A stretch of 64,000 nucleotides of DNA from Chiloscyllium plagiosum (lineage: Eukaryota). The notes beneath the pieces are model-generated. The model was given only the letters and a program-made list of their open reading frames with translations, ran no database searches and was not told where the DNA came from. The stretch spans positions 22,713,206-22,777,205 of the forward strand of contig NC_057720.1 of the NCBI RefSeq assembly GCF_004010195.1. Direction: 5' to 3'. Position numbers and translations under genes: made by a program. Shown piece after piece: positions 1 to 14,409 of this stretch; the first letter of the stretch is position 1; every line of letters starts with the position of its first letter.

Positions 1-290
1 GTGGACACAGCCTTCGAATTAGAGGGGGTAAATTCAGAACAGAAATGTGGAGACATTTCTTCAGCCAGAGAGTGGTGGGCCTGTGGAATTCATTGCCACA
101 GAGTGCAGTGGAGGCTGGGACGCTAAATGTCTTCAAGGCAGAAATTGATAAATTCTTGATGTCACAAGGAATTAAGGGCTACGGGGAGAATGTGGGTAAG
201 TGGAGTTGAAATGCCCATCAGCCATGATTGAATGGCGGAGTGGACTCGATGGGCCGATGGCCTTACTTCCGCTCCTATGTCTTATGGTCT
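1..290 (+). mobile_element. CR1 (HER1-like) LINE 3' fragment
   Basis: FFSQRVVGLWNSLPQSAVEA C-terminal motif and CR1 3' UTR ending tatgtcttatggtct; a second, older 3' fragment lies at about 655-850. Confidence 0.85.
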
Positions 291-2261
291 AAACCCAGAC
301 CTTCTGGCCCAGAGATAAAGGCACTATCAGTGAGTCAGAGGACCCCGGGTATATTTTCAAGTACAAAGTTTGCAATGTACCAGCTCAATTGGGTTAGACC
401 ATTTATTTTTAAAATTTTGCCTTTATATTTATCAACTGATACACTCCTATTGCGATTTCAGCAAAGTTTGATTAATAGAGCTGAAAATGGCATTATTAGT
501 GTCGATGAGTAACCTGATTATAATTTTCTGGAAATGAAAACATTATTTTCCGATTAGATGGGGTGTCATCATCACTTTCCTCTTAATTTTTTTTAAACTA
601 CTCCATTAAAAACCTCTTAAAAGTTATACTTTAGTATCCTTACATCTTCATTTTTGGAACCTGTGTGAAAGCTTGTGAATGATCAGACTTCCTGGAATTC
701 AGAGAGTGATAAATTCCTGCTCTTGTAAGGAATTAAGGGCTACAGGGAGAGTGCTGGAAATGGAATTCACATGCCCGTTAGCCATGATTAAATGGCGGAG
801 TGGACTCGATGGGCCAAATGGCCTTACTTCCACTTCTATGTCTTATGGAAACTCACAGTCATGTTTAATTCATCCCAGGATGGTGTGTCAGCTTTATGCA
901 TGGCACCAGCTTCTCCTGCAAAAATTCACAGAAACTGGATTTCCACAAAATGCAAAATGCTCTCAAATTTCTGCAAATGTTTGAGATGGTTATTCTGAAA
1001 TTGAGCAAATTGCACCAACAAGGAGGAGGCAGCAGAATGGCAAACTCAATCACTGCTTATTTTTAGAATAATCAACAATACAGTGAGAGGCGTTGTTTTA
1101 AAAGAATCTTTCCTAGCCAGCCTATTTGCTACCTCATAACTAAACAAAAATTGCTAAATAAATATCCATCAAAATGATAAACCTTTATAGTTGCTAGTTC
1201 ACTACATTTAGAAGTATACAAAAAAAGGCTAAAATCAGAGTTGTTTTGATTTGCATATGTTTGAAATGCAATTATCAATCATATACGAACGTCTCAGATA
1301 ATTAGAGCAACTTTCAATGTTGCGGTCAAGCTTTGATTTCAGTTTCCAAGTTGTGTCCATTACAGGAAACAGCTTATGGAATTTAAAGGTTTGATTTTGG
1401 TTAGAGCCACTAACCTCAAAACATGAAATACCATTAAAACATTAATCAAAAACACAATAGTTAACAGATTTTTCTGACTGTTGGCCATATGTGACCTTTA
1501 CCAAACTGTCTACTGACATGTACAATATCAGCCTGTGTCAACCGAACCTCAGTATAGAAAGAGTACTATTCCCTTTACAGGTTTTTTAAAAAAAATCAGC
1601 AGTGTTCTCCATGAGGAGACAAGGAATCAAGATGTAAACTGGTCCAAAATTAATACTGTAAATGACTTTCCAAAATACAGAGGGTTTGGAGTGTTACATT
1701 ATATAGACAAGTACAGTGGTAGGACATGATGACAAAATTACTTCAATATAATTTATTTCCACAATTAATCACATTGTGGAAAATCAGTTGACTTTTCAGT
1801 ACTGTGCATATATTGGCAGATTTATGGTACAGGAACAGTCAGTACTTCTACTCTGACATACAAGCTTCCTCAAAATAGCAGCAGAAATTATAACCTCAAG
1901 TCTTATGGGACAGAGGTTAAACAAGTGAAATTCACGAATCTGACTCCAAACACTGCATGCATGCTTATTGAGATATTTGATTGTATCACCATTTAATTGC
2001 TCAATTGTTATTAACATGGTTAATCCTACAGTATTACTGGGAATCTGATTTGCAGTTTTACATGGATCAGTATTCATAACAGTGAAAGAATAGATTCAGC
2101 TGCCAATTCCTCAAAGAATTGTCTCAGATTGTCGTGTGGCTCAGGAGTGTTTTCCACAAGATTTTGATTTCAGAGTGGGTATTGATAAACTCCAGCCTGA
2201 ATCTCCACCCACTAACTCTAATCCTTCTGATTTCCAAACTCCATCATCCAACTTCTAGTTT

Positions 2262-3576
2262 GAACAAAGAACAAAAAATAAAGAAAGTGTACAGCCCAGG
2301 AACAGGCTCTTCGGCCCTCCAAGCCTGAGCCGATCCAAATCCACTCTCTAAACCTATCACCCAATTCCTAAGGATCTGTATCGCTTTGCTCTCCATCTAC
2401 TCATGCATCTGTCCACATGCACCTTAAATGAATCTACTGTGCCTGCCTCTACTACCTCTGCTGGCAACACATTCCAGGCACCTACCACCCTCTGTGTAAA
2501 GTACTTTCCGCGAGTATCCCCCTTAAACTTTTCTCCTCTCACCTTGAACACGTGACCTTGCGTTATTGAATCCCTCACCCTGGGAAAAAGCTTACCTCTA
2601 TCCACCCTGTCTCTGCCCTTTATGATTTTGTAGACCTCAATCAGGTCCCCCTCAATCTCCTTTTTTCTAATGAAAACAATCCTAACCTACTCAACCTCTC
2701 TTCATACCTGGCACCTTCCATACCAGGCAACATTCTCGTAAATCTTCTCTGCACCCCCTCCAAAGCGTCCACATCCTTTTGGTAATGTGGCGACCAGAAC
2801 TGTGCACAGTACTATAAATGCGGCCAAACCAAAGTCTTGTATAATTTTAACATGATTTGCCAACTCTTATACTCAATACCCTGTCCGATGAAGGCAAGCA
2901 TACCACATGCCTTCTTGACCACTCTATCCACCTGTGCATCCACCTTCAGGATACAATGGACCTGAACTCCCAGATCTCTCTGCTCATCGACTTTTCCCAA
3001 GGCTCTTCCATTTACAGTGTAGTTCACTCTAGAATTAGACTTCCCAAAATGCATCACCTCACATTTGCCCGGATTGAACTCCATCTGCCACTTCTCTACC
3101 CAACTCTCCAGTCTATCTATATTCTCCTGTATTCTTTGACAGTCCCCTGTGCTTTCTACTACTCCACCAATCTTCGTGTCATCTGTAAACTTCCTGATCA
3201 GACCACCAATGCTGTCTTCCAGATCGTTTATGCATATCACAAACAACAGTGGCCCCAGCACTGACCCCTGTGGAACATCACTAGTCACCTTTCTCCATTT
3301 CGAGAAACTTCCTTCAACATATTACTCTCTGTCTCCTGTTGCTCAACCAGTTCTTTATCCACCTAGTTAGAATACCCTGCACACCATGTGACTTCACATT
3401 CTCCATTAGTTTACCATCGGGAACCTTATCAAATGCCTTACTAAAGTCCATGTATATGACATCTACAGCCCTTCCTTCATCTATCAAGTTGGTCACTTCC
3501 TCAAAGAACTCTATTTAAGTTGGTAAGGCACGATCTCCCCCACATAAAACCATGTTGCCTATCACTAATAACCCCA
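2262..3576 (-). mobile_element. 5'-truncated CR1 LINE, RT C-terminal half, frameshifted
   Basis: ORFs give YMDFSKAFDKVP, VPQGSVLGPLLFVI, FTDDTKIG, WQMEFNPGKCEVMHFG, YFTQRVVGAWN; short-repeat tail near 2262. Confidence 0.95.
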
Positions 3577-4234
3577 TTTGGGCTTCATTCCTTCCAACCC
3601 CAAGTGCAGTACTCAGCTTCAATGTCCGTGTTGCACAAATACCTTTGCTTATAAAAGACTTGCCCTTGAAATACCTCATGTAAAAGGGTGCAACTCTGCA
3701 TTCGATTCTTTCGGATTAAATCATTTTTCAAGAATTAATAATGTTTACTTGAATAAGCAAGTGAAGAAATTCATTATATTTTGTTTGCGTGTGGTTAGTT
3801 GTTGAACAATTTCTGTAAGGAAAAGCTATTTATCCCTGATCAAAAGTAAGAAGAATAGTTTTATTCTACAGTGGCTCATGTTAATATAAATTTAAGCTTA
3901 CATGTAAGAATGTCTTGAGGTCAACATACAGCTTGTATTTTAAAATGATTTAGTCTGGAACAAAGTAAGTAACAAACATTTAATATGTACGTGTGCGCAT
4001 ATGTGATTTTGGAATTAGGTTCAATAATGAAGTTCTGTAGTTGTTGTGATCTTTTTAGATATATTGTTTGGAACTTTTAGAAATGTAGTTAATCACATTA
4101 AAGTGACACTAACTAGACAGACAATTGCTTTCCTAGTGCCACTACAGTTTAGAATATGTCTAAGGTGGGGGCCTTGTGATGCAGTATTAATATTCCTCCC
4201 TCTGATCCAGGAGGCCTGAGTTCAAGTCTATAAA

Positions 4235-5075
4235 TTGAGAGAAGGGAATGTCCAACAAGTCCTGGGTATCCTTGTACACCAGTCACTGAAGGTAAGCATG
4301 CAGGTGCAACAGACTTATAAAGAAGACAAATGGTATGTTGGTTGTTCTAGCATAAGAATTCAAGCACACGAGCTGGGGTGGCTTGCTGCAACAATGCAGG
4401 GCTTAAAAATGTATTGCCTGGAAAAGCGCAGCAGGTCAGGCAGCATCAAAGGAACAGGAGAATTGATGTTTCGGGCATAAGCCCTTCTTCAGCCCTTCTA
4501 CATTCCTGAAGAAGGGCTTATGCCCAAAATGTCGATTCTCCTGTTCCTTTGATGCTGCCTGACCTGCTGCCCTTTTCCAGCAACACATTTTTAAGCTCTG
4601 ATCTCCAGCATCTGCAGTCCTCACTTTCTCCCTGCAACAATACAGGGCCTTGGTGAGATCACACCTGGAATATTGTGCGCAATTTTGGTCTTCTTACATG
4701 AGGAGGGGATATTCTTGTTATAGCGGGAGCGCAATATAGAGGGATAGTGAGACTGATGTATGAGGAAGAGTTTGAATTGCTTAGGATTATGCTTGCTGGA
4801 GCAAAGAAGAAAGAGGGTGGATCTCATAAAAGCCTAAAAAATTCTAATAGCACCAGACAGGGTAGATGCAGGAAGTCCAGAACCAGGGGTCACAGTCTAA
4901 GGATATGGGATAAAACCATTTCAGATTGAGAGGAGAAGAAATTTATTTACCAGTGATTGGTGAGGCTCTGGAATTCACTACCACAGAAAACAGTCATGGA
5001 CAAGACATTCTATGATTTCAAGAAAGAGTTGTATATAGCACTTTAGGCTAAGGGGATCAAAGAACATGGGGGCAG
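4235..5075 (+). mobile_element. Old CR1 3' fragment interrupted by PLE palindrome
   Basis: Degenerate LGILVHQSLKV, YRALVRSHLEYC, SRTRGHSLRI motifs. Confidence 0.8.
4402..4631. mobile_element. Penelope-derived palindromic insertion with hammerhead cores in both arms
   Basis: About 90-bp inverted arms plus 3' tail; TSD ctgcaacaat(g/a)caggg at 4386-4401 and 4632-4647; CTGAAGA-gggc-ttat-gccc-GAAA motif (plus arm mutated to AAAAT). Confidence 0.9.
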
Positions 5076-5887
5076 TTTTCAGTGATGATACAAATAGAAT
5101 GGAAATGTTCATGACAGTAACTTAAAGTATATTAAAGTATAAGTCACCTACTCAAGTTGTGTTGATTCTATTCTGCTCTGCATTTGCTTGTCACAGCAAA
5201 GATTTGAAAATGTGGAATCTTGTTGTGTTGACCTTCCAGTTATTAAGTGGAAGTGTCTTTTAAAAGTTACTAGTCTCTACAGACAGCATAAAGCTTCTTC
5301 ACCATCATTATTCACTTTTATATTAATAGATTAATCAATTAAAGTATAGCAAAAGATGATATGCATTTTTAACTTGGAAGCAAGGAGGTAAGTGAACATT
5401 TATTTCTGTCAATCTATTATGGACTCCAATTGGGAAGATGTCAAACTAACAACAATTGAAAATGATTTGTGTAGGTGGTTTAATCTTGAAATTTGTAGTA
5501 ATATTAATTGTGGATCTCAAACAAAGGATTCAAAGCCTAATTTTAAAAGGGGAAATGACTCTGATGAGTTGGTTTTAATTTAAAATGACAGGTGAGTGCA
5601 CATGCCAATTCAGATCAAATCAAAGAATCAATCTACATACTCATCAGATGAATGAAGTTTCAACAGAAATGAAAGATACAGTAAACCTCGAAATGAAATG
5701 CATTCATCCCATGAAAAAGCCCACCTGAAAAACATAACTGTGCTCACAAGGTGTTAGAGCACGTGGTTGATCAAGTACAAATTGTCACTCAAACATCAGG
5801 ATGTTTAAAGAAAAACAATTAGAGAAACAAACTCATTATCAAAAATGAGAAATGAAATACTGACAAAACTAGATAGTAGCTCTTACG

Positions 5888-6570
5888 TAGAACATTACAA
5901 AGAACATTACAGCGCAGTACAGGTTGTTCAGCCCTCGATATTGCACCAAGCTGTGGAACCAATGTGAAGCCCATCTAACCTACGCTATTCCCTTTTCATC
6001 CATATGCCTATCCAATGACCATTTAAATGCCCTTAAAGTTGGCGAGTCTACTACTGTTGCAGGCAGGGCATTCACGCCCCTACTACTCTCTGAATAAAGA
6101 AACTACCTCTGTCCTACATCCATCACCCCTCAGTCTAAAGCTATGTCCCCTTGTGCTAGCCATCACCATCTGGGGAAAAAGGATCTCACTGTCCACCCTA
6201 TCTAATCCTCTGATTATCTTATATGTCTCAATTAAGTCACCTCTCAACCTTCTTTTCTCTAATGGAAACAGCCCCAAGTCCCTCAGCCTTTCCTCATAAC
6301 ACCTTTCCCTCCATACCAGGCAACATCTTTGTAAATTGCCATTGAACCCTTTCAAAAGCTTCCACATCCTTCCTATAATGCGGTGACCAGAACTATGCAC
6401 AATACTCCAAATGTGGCAGCACCAGAGTTTTGTACAGCTGCAGCGTGATCTCATGACTCCTAAACTCAATCCCTCTACCAATAAAAGCTAACACACTGTA
6501 TGCCTATCAATCTGGGTGGCAACTTCAGGGTGTACCTGGACACCTAGATCTCTCTGCTCTTTTACACTGT
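5888..6570 (-). mobile_element. CR1 LINE 3' fragment
   Basis: [39 protein letters not shown]; tagaacatt-type tail. Confidence 0.9.
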
Positions 6571-7089
6571 CCATTCTTATTTTTCTAAATTGAGAAAATC
6601 CTACAGCTGTTAAAATGATGGCAGACTCCTGCTCCTTTTAGGTTCACACATGTTTACAGTCAAAGCATAAAGGAGTTGTCAAAAGGCAGAGAGGTTCTAG
6701 CTCAGCATTAATAGCTCCAATTCTAAAAAAAACCCAGAATATCCCATCAATGATCATTGCTGCACTTCCACTTTGATACACTATACTCACAATCTAGTGT
6801 TAAGAAGTAAGATAAAGCATTTTAAAATAATATCAACTGGGAAACAAAGTGCATACAGTACATTATGATATGTAAGGAAACAGTGATATACCCATATCAT
6901 TACATTTTCCAGCTATTTGAGCTGTATTATTTTGGCTGAAAAGGTGAAAAGTTTTAATGACAATATGGGCAAAACCAGTTTTCATTGATGTGAAGTAGGT
7001 GATGCGTGTTGAAATTTTGTACTCTACTTTCTTACTGACAAGCTTAGTAATGCCAAAATGTGTTACTCACTGAAATATGTTCTTAATCA

Positions 7090-8600
7090 GGAAATTCCAT
7101 GCAAAAGGCTGCCTGGAAGCAGATTTGTAAATTTCAATTCCATTCTTTCTGCCCATATACTGACATTGTTTCAAACTACTCGACATTTTGTCCCTAAGCC
7201 AATTTTGTATCCATGCAGCTATTGTCATTCCAATCCCATATTTTGCTAACAAGTCTATTATGTATTATCTGTCTCCTGTTGCTCAACCAGTTCTTTATTA
7301 AACACCTTTTGAATGTCCACACTATTCTCATTAGTCCCTTCTATTACAACAAAGAGCTACATTTTTTTAAGGAAATATGACTTGCCTTTAATGAAAACAT
7401 GCTGAATTTAATTAATTAACCTATAATTTTCACTAGCTTATTATCCCTAAAAGGTTTCCCATGACCAATAGGTCAACAAGTCTGTCGTGGTCAGGTTTAT
7501 CTCCATCTACTTTTTTCAGCAGAGCATAACATTTGTAATCCACCTGTCCTCTGGCATCATCCCATATGAATAGAATCCCTACAGTGTGGAAGCAGGCCAT
7601 TCGGCTCATCAAGTTCACACCAACCCTCTGAATAGCATCCCTCCCAGACCCACACTCTGACCCTATCCTTGTAACTCTACATTTCGCATGGCCAACCCAC
7701 ATAGCCTGCACATCCCTGGACACTATGGGTAATTTAGCATGGCCAATCCACCTAACCTACACATGTTTGGAGAGTGAGAGGAAACCCACGAAGACACAGG
7801 GAAAATGTGAAAACTCCACACAGACAGTTGCCCGAGGTCAGTATCGAAACTAGATCCCTGGCGTTGTGAGGCAGCAGTGCTAACTACTGAGCCACCATGC
7901 CACCCTACAAAGGATTAGAAGATTGTAAGTCTTGCACAATTTTTTGCAACCTATCTGGACCAGATTATTTTTATTATGACCAATGCCAATTTTCTCTATA
8001 ACTTCTCTTCATTTTTATCCTATAGAATTTTTCTGCTGCTTCCTCCTTTAACACTGGCAGTATGCTTATTGAATGAAAAATACTCACCTAGAATCCCTCA
8101 GCCATGATGTCTGCCTTCACAAGACCTCATTTTGCTCCCTTAATTGGTCCCAAATTTCCATTTATTCCCCATTCACTCATTGTACATTTATAATTTATTG
8201 GTTCTCTTTTAATTTAGCTCTGAATCAAACATTATACACTCTCTGTCACCCTCTAGTTTCATCTTTCAGTTCTCCCCTATATTTCTGGTATTCAGTTTAC
8301 TTCTCGACTGAATTATGAACCTAATGTAAGGCATGTTCCATTTCATTTCAATCTCTATATGTTTAATCAACCCGGGAGTTCTTTCTTTGGATCCCTTTCC
8401 TTTTTGCATTTCTTTGAAGAATATATCCATTCTGTACCTGAACAACTTCGTCTTTGAAGAACTTCTATTGTTTATTTACTGCTTTACCTGTCAATCGTTA
8501 ATTCCAACTCACCCAAAGAAATGAATCTTCCTCCAGTGGGGTATTTTCACATTTACTTGACCTTTTCCATAAAAATTCTAAACCCTATGCCCATTGTTAA
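7090..8600 (-). mobile_element. Old degenerate CR1 fragments hosting an HE1 SINE
   Basis: GMTIAAWIQNWLRDK and KKVDGDKPDHDRLVDL (decayed RT N-terminal motifs). Confidence 0.55.
7570..7905 (-). mobile_element. HE1/V-SINE
   Basis: tRNA-like head ggtggctcagtagttagcactgctgcctcac, V-domain, CR1-like tail. Confidence 0.9.
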
Positions 8601-9849
8601 AGTTTACAATGCTAGAAACCTTTGAAGAAAGTCATCTTGTGTGTATTACATTTAATTCTTTTTCATGTACTGCACTGAAAGTAGATTTCCTCAGAGTAAC
8701 GTATCTTTCCTCAAGGTAATACTTCAAAAGTTTAATTATCAAATCTACTGGTTGCTACATGAGCAGGTTTTCCCTTCAAGATTAACAACCCGGATCCACC
8801 ACTAATTCATTTCAATAACTCTAGTTATTTACTGCTCTGAATCACATGTTTTAGGATCACTGTCATTTCTATTCATCCTATTCTTGTACATGGAAGTACC
8901 TGAACCATTTTAAGTTAATAATGCTAACTATCTGATTTTGTGTGCAGTTTAAAATACTCAAAGCTTGTGTATTACACACTTATGACTGTACAAGAGACAG
9001 CTGATAAAGTCACCATCAATCACTGGCAAAGATTTTCTGCAGCCTACATAAATGTAGCAATTTAATCAATCTAAGGTTGGAAAATTTTGAACCTTACATT
9101 TAAAATTGTTACAAAACAATTCACTTCTCTCTCTCACAGTGAAACATATCCCATTGGATGCTGACAACAAGAGGAAATAAGTGCAACGTAGTAAGATGGC
9201 TGCCTTATAAGATGAAAGACAAATTGGTCTGAACTTAAATGAAAACTGCACACTATGTTTTGAGAAATTTCCACCTTTTGCCCAAATGTGTGTAAATTTG
9301 GCGACAGACACAAGTTCTTAAAGTTAAGAACTTGTATTCATTCCATACAAGTAAGTGCTTATATGGAATGAATACAAATAATATTAGTCTGTTTCATATA
9401 TGAAAGTAGTTGCTTGGAAGGATTGTGGGAGCAGGTCAGAATATAGAAAGTAAATTTCAAGTTCACCCAAAATTTACTTAGAGCCAGCATAGTGACCACA
9501 TCACTGTACCTGCAGCCAGAGATGAAGCCATTTTTAGGTTAAGCTTCCAGTGGCCTCTTCAAAATCACTCATTGATAGGCTCGAGTGCATAGCGCGGTAA
9601 GGAATGAAAAGGGAATGCCACAATTATAGCACTCATTTTTGGGTTTGATCAGCTGTGAATTGAAGCCTAGGAGGACCTGTGAATCAATCAATCTCAGAAA
9701 TATAAGAAGGTGTGATCACTGTTTCATTTTAATTAGAGTTTGGAAATGTGAATACTCTATGCTAGAAGGATTTCATTTGGTAGATCTAGCTACTCAAAGT
9801 GTATTTTTAAATTTAGATTGGCTTAGTTTATGATATTAAATGGTGTTTT

Positions 9850-12800
9850 ACAGCTGGTGTAAAGAGTGCTGACCGAGAGTGGACCCATTGGCCATAACAC
9901 TCTTCTTTCCCTATTTGATTTATAAGGACTATCTAATAATGTGGTCTTCTTCTATATATAATCTCAAATTTGGAAATATCCACAAAGGCCTCTATTAGGC
10001 AGTCCAAATTTCTAGTGCAGCTGTTCAAAAGACATCATAACCTCCCCATCGAACAGATCCCCTAAGCAAGAAATACCCCTGGACCGCCAGGTTTTAAATG
10101 TAGTGTCTATGTGCCCCAGTTGAAAATCCCATGCTCCCACTATAGGAGTATAAGGAGAGGTTTTTGTGAATTACCCTCGACTTGCCGCATTATCTTCCAG
10201 GCTTTAATTGTATTTAATACAATAGGGTTTTTACAATGGTCCATAATAACTTTCATCTTATCTAAAAATAAGAGATTAATGAGGGGACACTTTGCTTGAG
10301 AAGCCTCAATGTCCAGCCAGATTGATTGCGGGTCACACGAGACCCAGTCGGCTACGTAGCTTAGTAGGGAACTCAGCTGATACTTCCTAAAGTCTGGAAA
10401 ATCCAGTCCTCCCCTTGCTTGTGAAGGCTGCAGCTTCTTTAATTTAACAAGGGGCCGTCTATGATTCCAAATGAAAGAACCAAGCCAACCATATAGTTTA
10501 CACAATACCGGCCTCGGCAACATCACAGGGAGCATTCTCATAGGGGATAAGAGACAAGGCAAAATATTCATTTTAATTAGAGCTATTCTGCATAACCAAA
10601 ATATCGGGAGATCCCCCCAGTGTTGAAGGTCCTGCCTTATCCTCTCTAAAAGGTGCATAAAATTGGCTTTGTACAGCTGACCAAATACTGGGGTGATAAA
10701 AAAACCTAAATATAAAAAACCCTCCAGAGACCACCAAAAGGAAAAGGATGACCCGTCCGATAAATTGGACATACTAGCGAGACCGCCCATCGGCATGGCC
10801 TCCGAGTTTGTAAAATTGACTTTGTAACCTGAGAATGGACTAAATAAATTGATTACTTGGATCAAGCAGGGCACGGATATCAAAGGATTACTAAGAAAAA
10901 GGAGAACATCGTCTGCATAAAGGATAATTTTATGTTTACCCGAACCAACCTTTGCAGCCATTATATTAGAATCGGCCCATATAGCTTCCGCTAGTGGTTC
11001 AATTATTAGCGTAAATAATAATGGTGAGAGCAGACATCCCTGACAACAGCCCCTACCCACAGTGAAGCTATCCGAGCCTAAACCATTAGTAATCACGGCT
11101 GCTTTGGGGTCATTGTACAATATTGAGACCCATTTGGCAAATACCTCTCTGCCACCGAACCTTTCCAGTGTGTAAAACAGATATGACATTCAACCCGATC
11201 GAATGCCTTCTCCGCATCTAAAGAGACTACTATTCCCAATATTCTTTCCTGATGACAGACTTGAATCACATTTAAAACCCTTCTAATATTATTAGATGAT
11301 CTACAGCCCTTGATAAAACCCATCTGGTCCTCTTTTATGATGTATGGTAAAACCCTCTCCAGCCTCAATGCTAATGTTTTAGAAAGACTTTTAAAATCTA
11401 TATTTAACAAAGATATTGGTCTGTATGATGCTCAATCTTCTGGGGCCTTTCCTTTTTTAAGAATGAGAGAAATATTTGCTTCTCTCATCGAAGGCGGGAG
11501 GCAGCCCTGCCTATATGAATAATTGTTCATGTCTGTAAGTGGACCAGCCAGTACCCCTATAAATTCTTTCTAGAATTCAGTCTGGAATCCATCTAGGCCA
11601 GGTGCTTTACCGTTCCGAAGCTGCCTGATTGCATCAAGTACTTCCTGGGTTGTCAGGGGAGCATTCAGGACCGACACCTGTTCCGGGGTTAAGTCCAGAA
11701 AGGCCAGGCTTTTAAAAAAGGACTCCATCTTCTTAGCTCTGTCTTCATAATCCTGTGATTTATACAGATCAGAATAAAACTTTCTAAAGGCTGTATTGAT
11801 CCTTTTGCGGTCATGTATCAAAGTACCAGCACTTTCCCTAATGGACGTGATAGTTTGAGGGGTCTTTTTTCTCCTTGCGAGACACGCTAGGCATCTACCA
11901 GGCTTATCACCATATTCATATAGTCTTTGCTTTGCAAATAATATTTCCCTCTTTGCTGTTTGGGTAAGTGCAATATTCAAGGCTGTCCTAAAGGGTGTAA
12001 TCCTTTGTAACTTAGCAATAGAGGGCCTATCAACATACGCAATCTCAGTAGTCTTCAAATGAGCCTTGAGTAGATGCGATTGTTCTCCCTTTTGTTTTTT
12101 CTGTTTCGCCGAGTATGAAATAATGAGACATCGCATATAAGCCTTAATGGCCTCCCACATCACCGACGGGTTACTGGCCGGATCTGAGTTAATTTCCAGA
12201 AAGGTTTTGAATTCTTGAGAGAAATATTTTACAAATTTGCTATCCTTCATTAAGAAGGAATCTATACGCCAATGTCGGGGGCTTGTCTCATCGTCCCTAG
12301 TCTTAACTTCCAAATACACTGCAACATGATCAGAGATTATTATATTACCTATTTTGCAGGATAATATGGAGTTCAAAAAGGTCGAGGGAGCAAAAAGCAT
12401 ATCAATTTTAGTATGACACTTATGTGGGTTAGAGTAGAAAGTAAAGTCTCTGCCCTGCAGATGAAGGCACCTCCACACATCTACTAATCCTCGCTCCTTA
12501 TTCAAATCCGCCAATTGTCTGGATCTAAGAGGTATACCTGCAGTACTCTTGGGTATCCTGTCTATCTCTGGGTCCATATTACAATTAAAATCTCCTCCTA
12601 TAATTGTGTGATGAGCCCCGAAAGCCATCAGTTTGGAGAACGCTTCTGTTATAAATCTGAAGGGGTGTGCCGGAGGACAATAAAGATTCAAAATTTCATA
12701 CTCCTCTCCATTTATGAGGGCTTTGATCAGTATATACCGTCCAGATTCATCTTTTATCTGATTTAAGATTTTGAAAGGAAGGTTCTTCCGAATGAGAATG

Positions 12801-13020
12801 ACTACTCCTCTACTTTTTGAACTAAAAGATAAAAAGAAGGCCTGATCGAATCCTCCTTGTTGTAATTTTAAGTGTTCTTTATCCAGTAGGTGTGTCTCCT
12901 ATAAGAGAGCTATATCTACCCTTTCTTTTTTGAGGTTCGATAGTATTTCCTTCCTTATGATTGGTGAATTACTTCCCCTTGACATTCCAGGTGCACCACC
13001 TAATCGAATGACTAATATTG
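9850..13020 (-). pseudogene. L1 ORF2p (APE endonuclease + RT), disrupted
   Basis: Consecutive ORFs 11570-12691, 11093-11410 and 10140-11189 with EN and RT motifs. Confidence 0.93.
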
Positions 13021-13726
13021 ATCGTCCAGGCAAGTCCGAGACCCCCCCCGGGAGGAAGAACCCCACCTAAAACACCCCGAGCACAGACCGTAGAAAATTC
13101 ACAAAAGTAGAAATTCTTTAATACATTAACGCCAATATAGTTAAAAACTATTTCCAAAATAAGAAAAATATAAAACACATTTAAAAGGAGATTTTTCCCC
13201 CTTGTTCCCAGGGGACATCACTACCTGTCAATAAACCTATCGTATCCTCTCTCAACCAGCGTCCCGCCCTCGACCCAGGCACCACATAATAGAGTAAACA
13301 AATTCAAGTGTACTATAAAACCAAAGTTAAAAGTCAGTGCCCCACCCTCTCACCCACACCAACACTTGGATATGTTTAGTAAAGATAATACAAAGTATAA
13401 ACATATAAAACTATAAAGTTACAATCCCAGCAAGTAATAGATAACTAAGTATAATAACAGAAGAAAGAGAAAACACCGCTCTAAATAAAAATTGAGGTAG
13501 GACAGAGCAAATGCCCCCACCCCACGCGTATCAAGTAAGCCGCCCGGCCTGTCAATAAAAAGAAAATCACATAGTGGATAACAAATAAGCCCCCTCCCTG
13601 CCCCCAGGAAATGATGTCAAACAATAAAGGGGATGAAAAGAGAAAGAAAAGGTAAACCGGGGGATTGGCGGGGGGGGCGGTGCAAAATAGCATCATTAGC
13701 CATACAGTTTAATTCTTGCAGTCTAT

Positions 13727-14269
13727 TTAAGAGTCCAAAAATTCTTTAGCCTTCTCTAGTGATCCGAAGTTATACACGGATCCTTCATGGCTGAAACGTA
13801 GCGTTGCTGGGTAACGCAAGGAATATTGGATGTTTAAGTCTCTCAGATGCTTCTTCGCCTCATCAAATGTCCTCCTTTTGTGGACCACGGCTGGAGAAAA
13901 ATCCTGGAACAGCATAATCCTAGAGCCCTTGTATACCATGGCCTGGGGATCCTTCCCCAGGATTCTAGAGGCTTCCAGGAGCATCTGTTTCTCTCTATAG
14001 CATTGGAGCCAGAACAGAACCAGGCAGGGGCGCTGGTCCGTCCCTGACTTTTGCAGCGCAACCGAGAGCAACTCCCACCTGCTCCTGGATTCCTTGATAA
14101 ACTCGTTGATCCTCTCCTGCAGCTTGTTGATCACGGAGATCAGGCTCGCCTCTGCAGGCAAGTCCCGCGAGGCGGCCGCGGACGTCTCCGCTGCTGCTGG
14201 AGGGGGTGGGGGAGGGGTCCCTGCCTGTTGTGAGCTGCGGGCATTTTTACCTTTAGTCATTTTAAGCAC
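13727..14269 (-). pseudogene. L1 ORF1p remnant (C-terminal RRM/CTD part), coiled-coil region largely deleted
   Basis: 180-aa ORF with abrupt junction ALQK/SGTDQRP; homologous to the second L1 ORF1 at 22880-23520. Confidence 0.85.
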
Positions 14270-14409
14270 TGCACCAAACTCTTCAAGTTTGGTGCAAAAT
14301 GACTAAATATGCTGGGTAAGAGTTATTTTAAATGGTTTAGAGGTTGTGGTGGAGGTGGGTACCCCACTTTGCCTGAGTCTTGGGCAGAGTACTACAGACT
14401 CAGACTTGC

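Noticed and set aside
9098..9160. 63-nt minus-strand exon-like segment (ASNGICFTVRERSELFCNNFK)
   Set aside because: Plausible splice sites but unrecognised peptide, weak donor context and possibly within an old repeat
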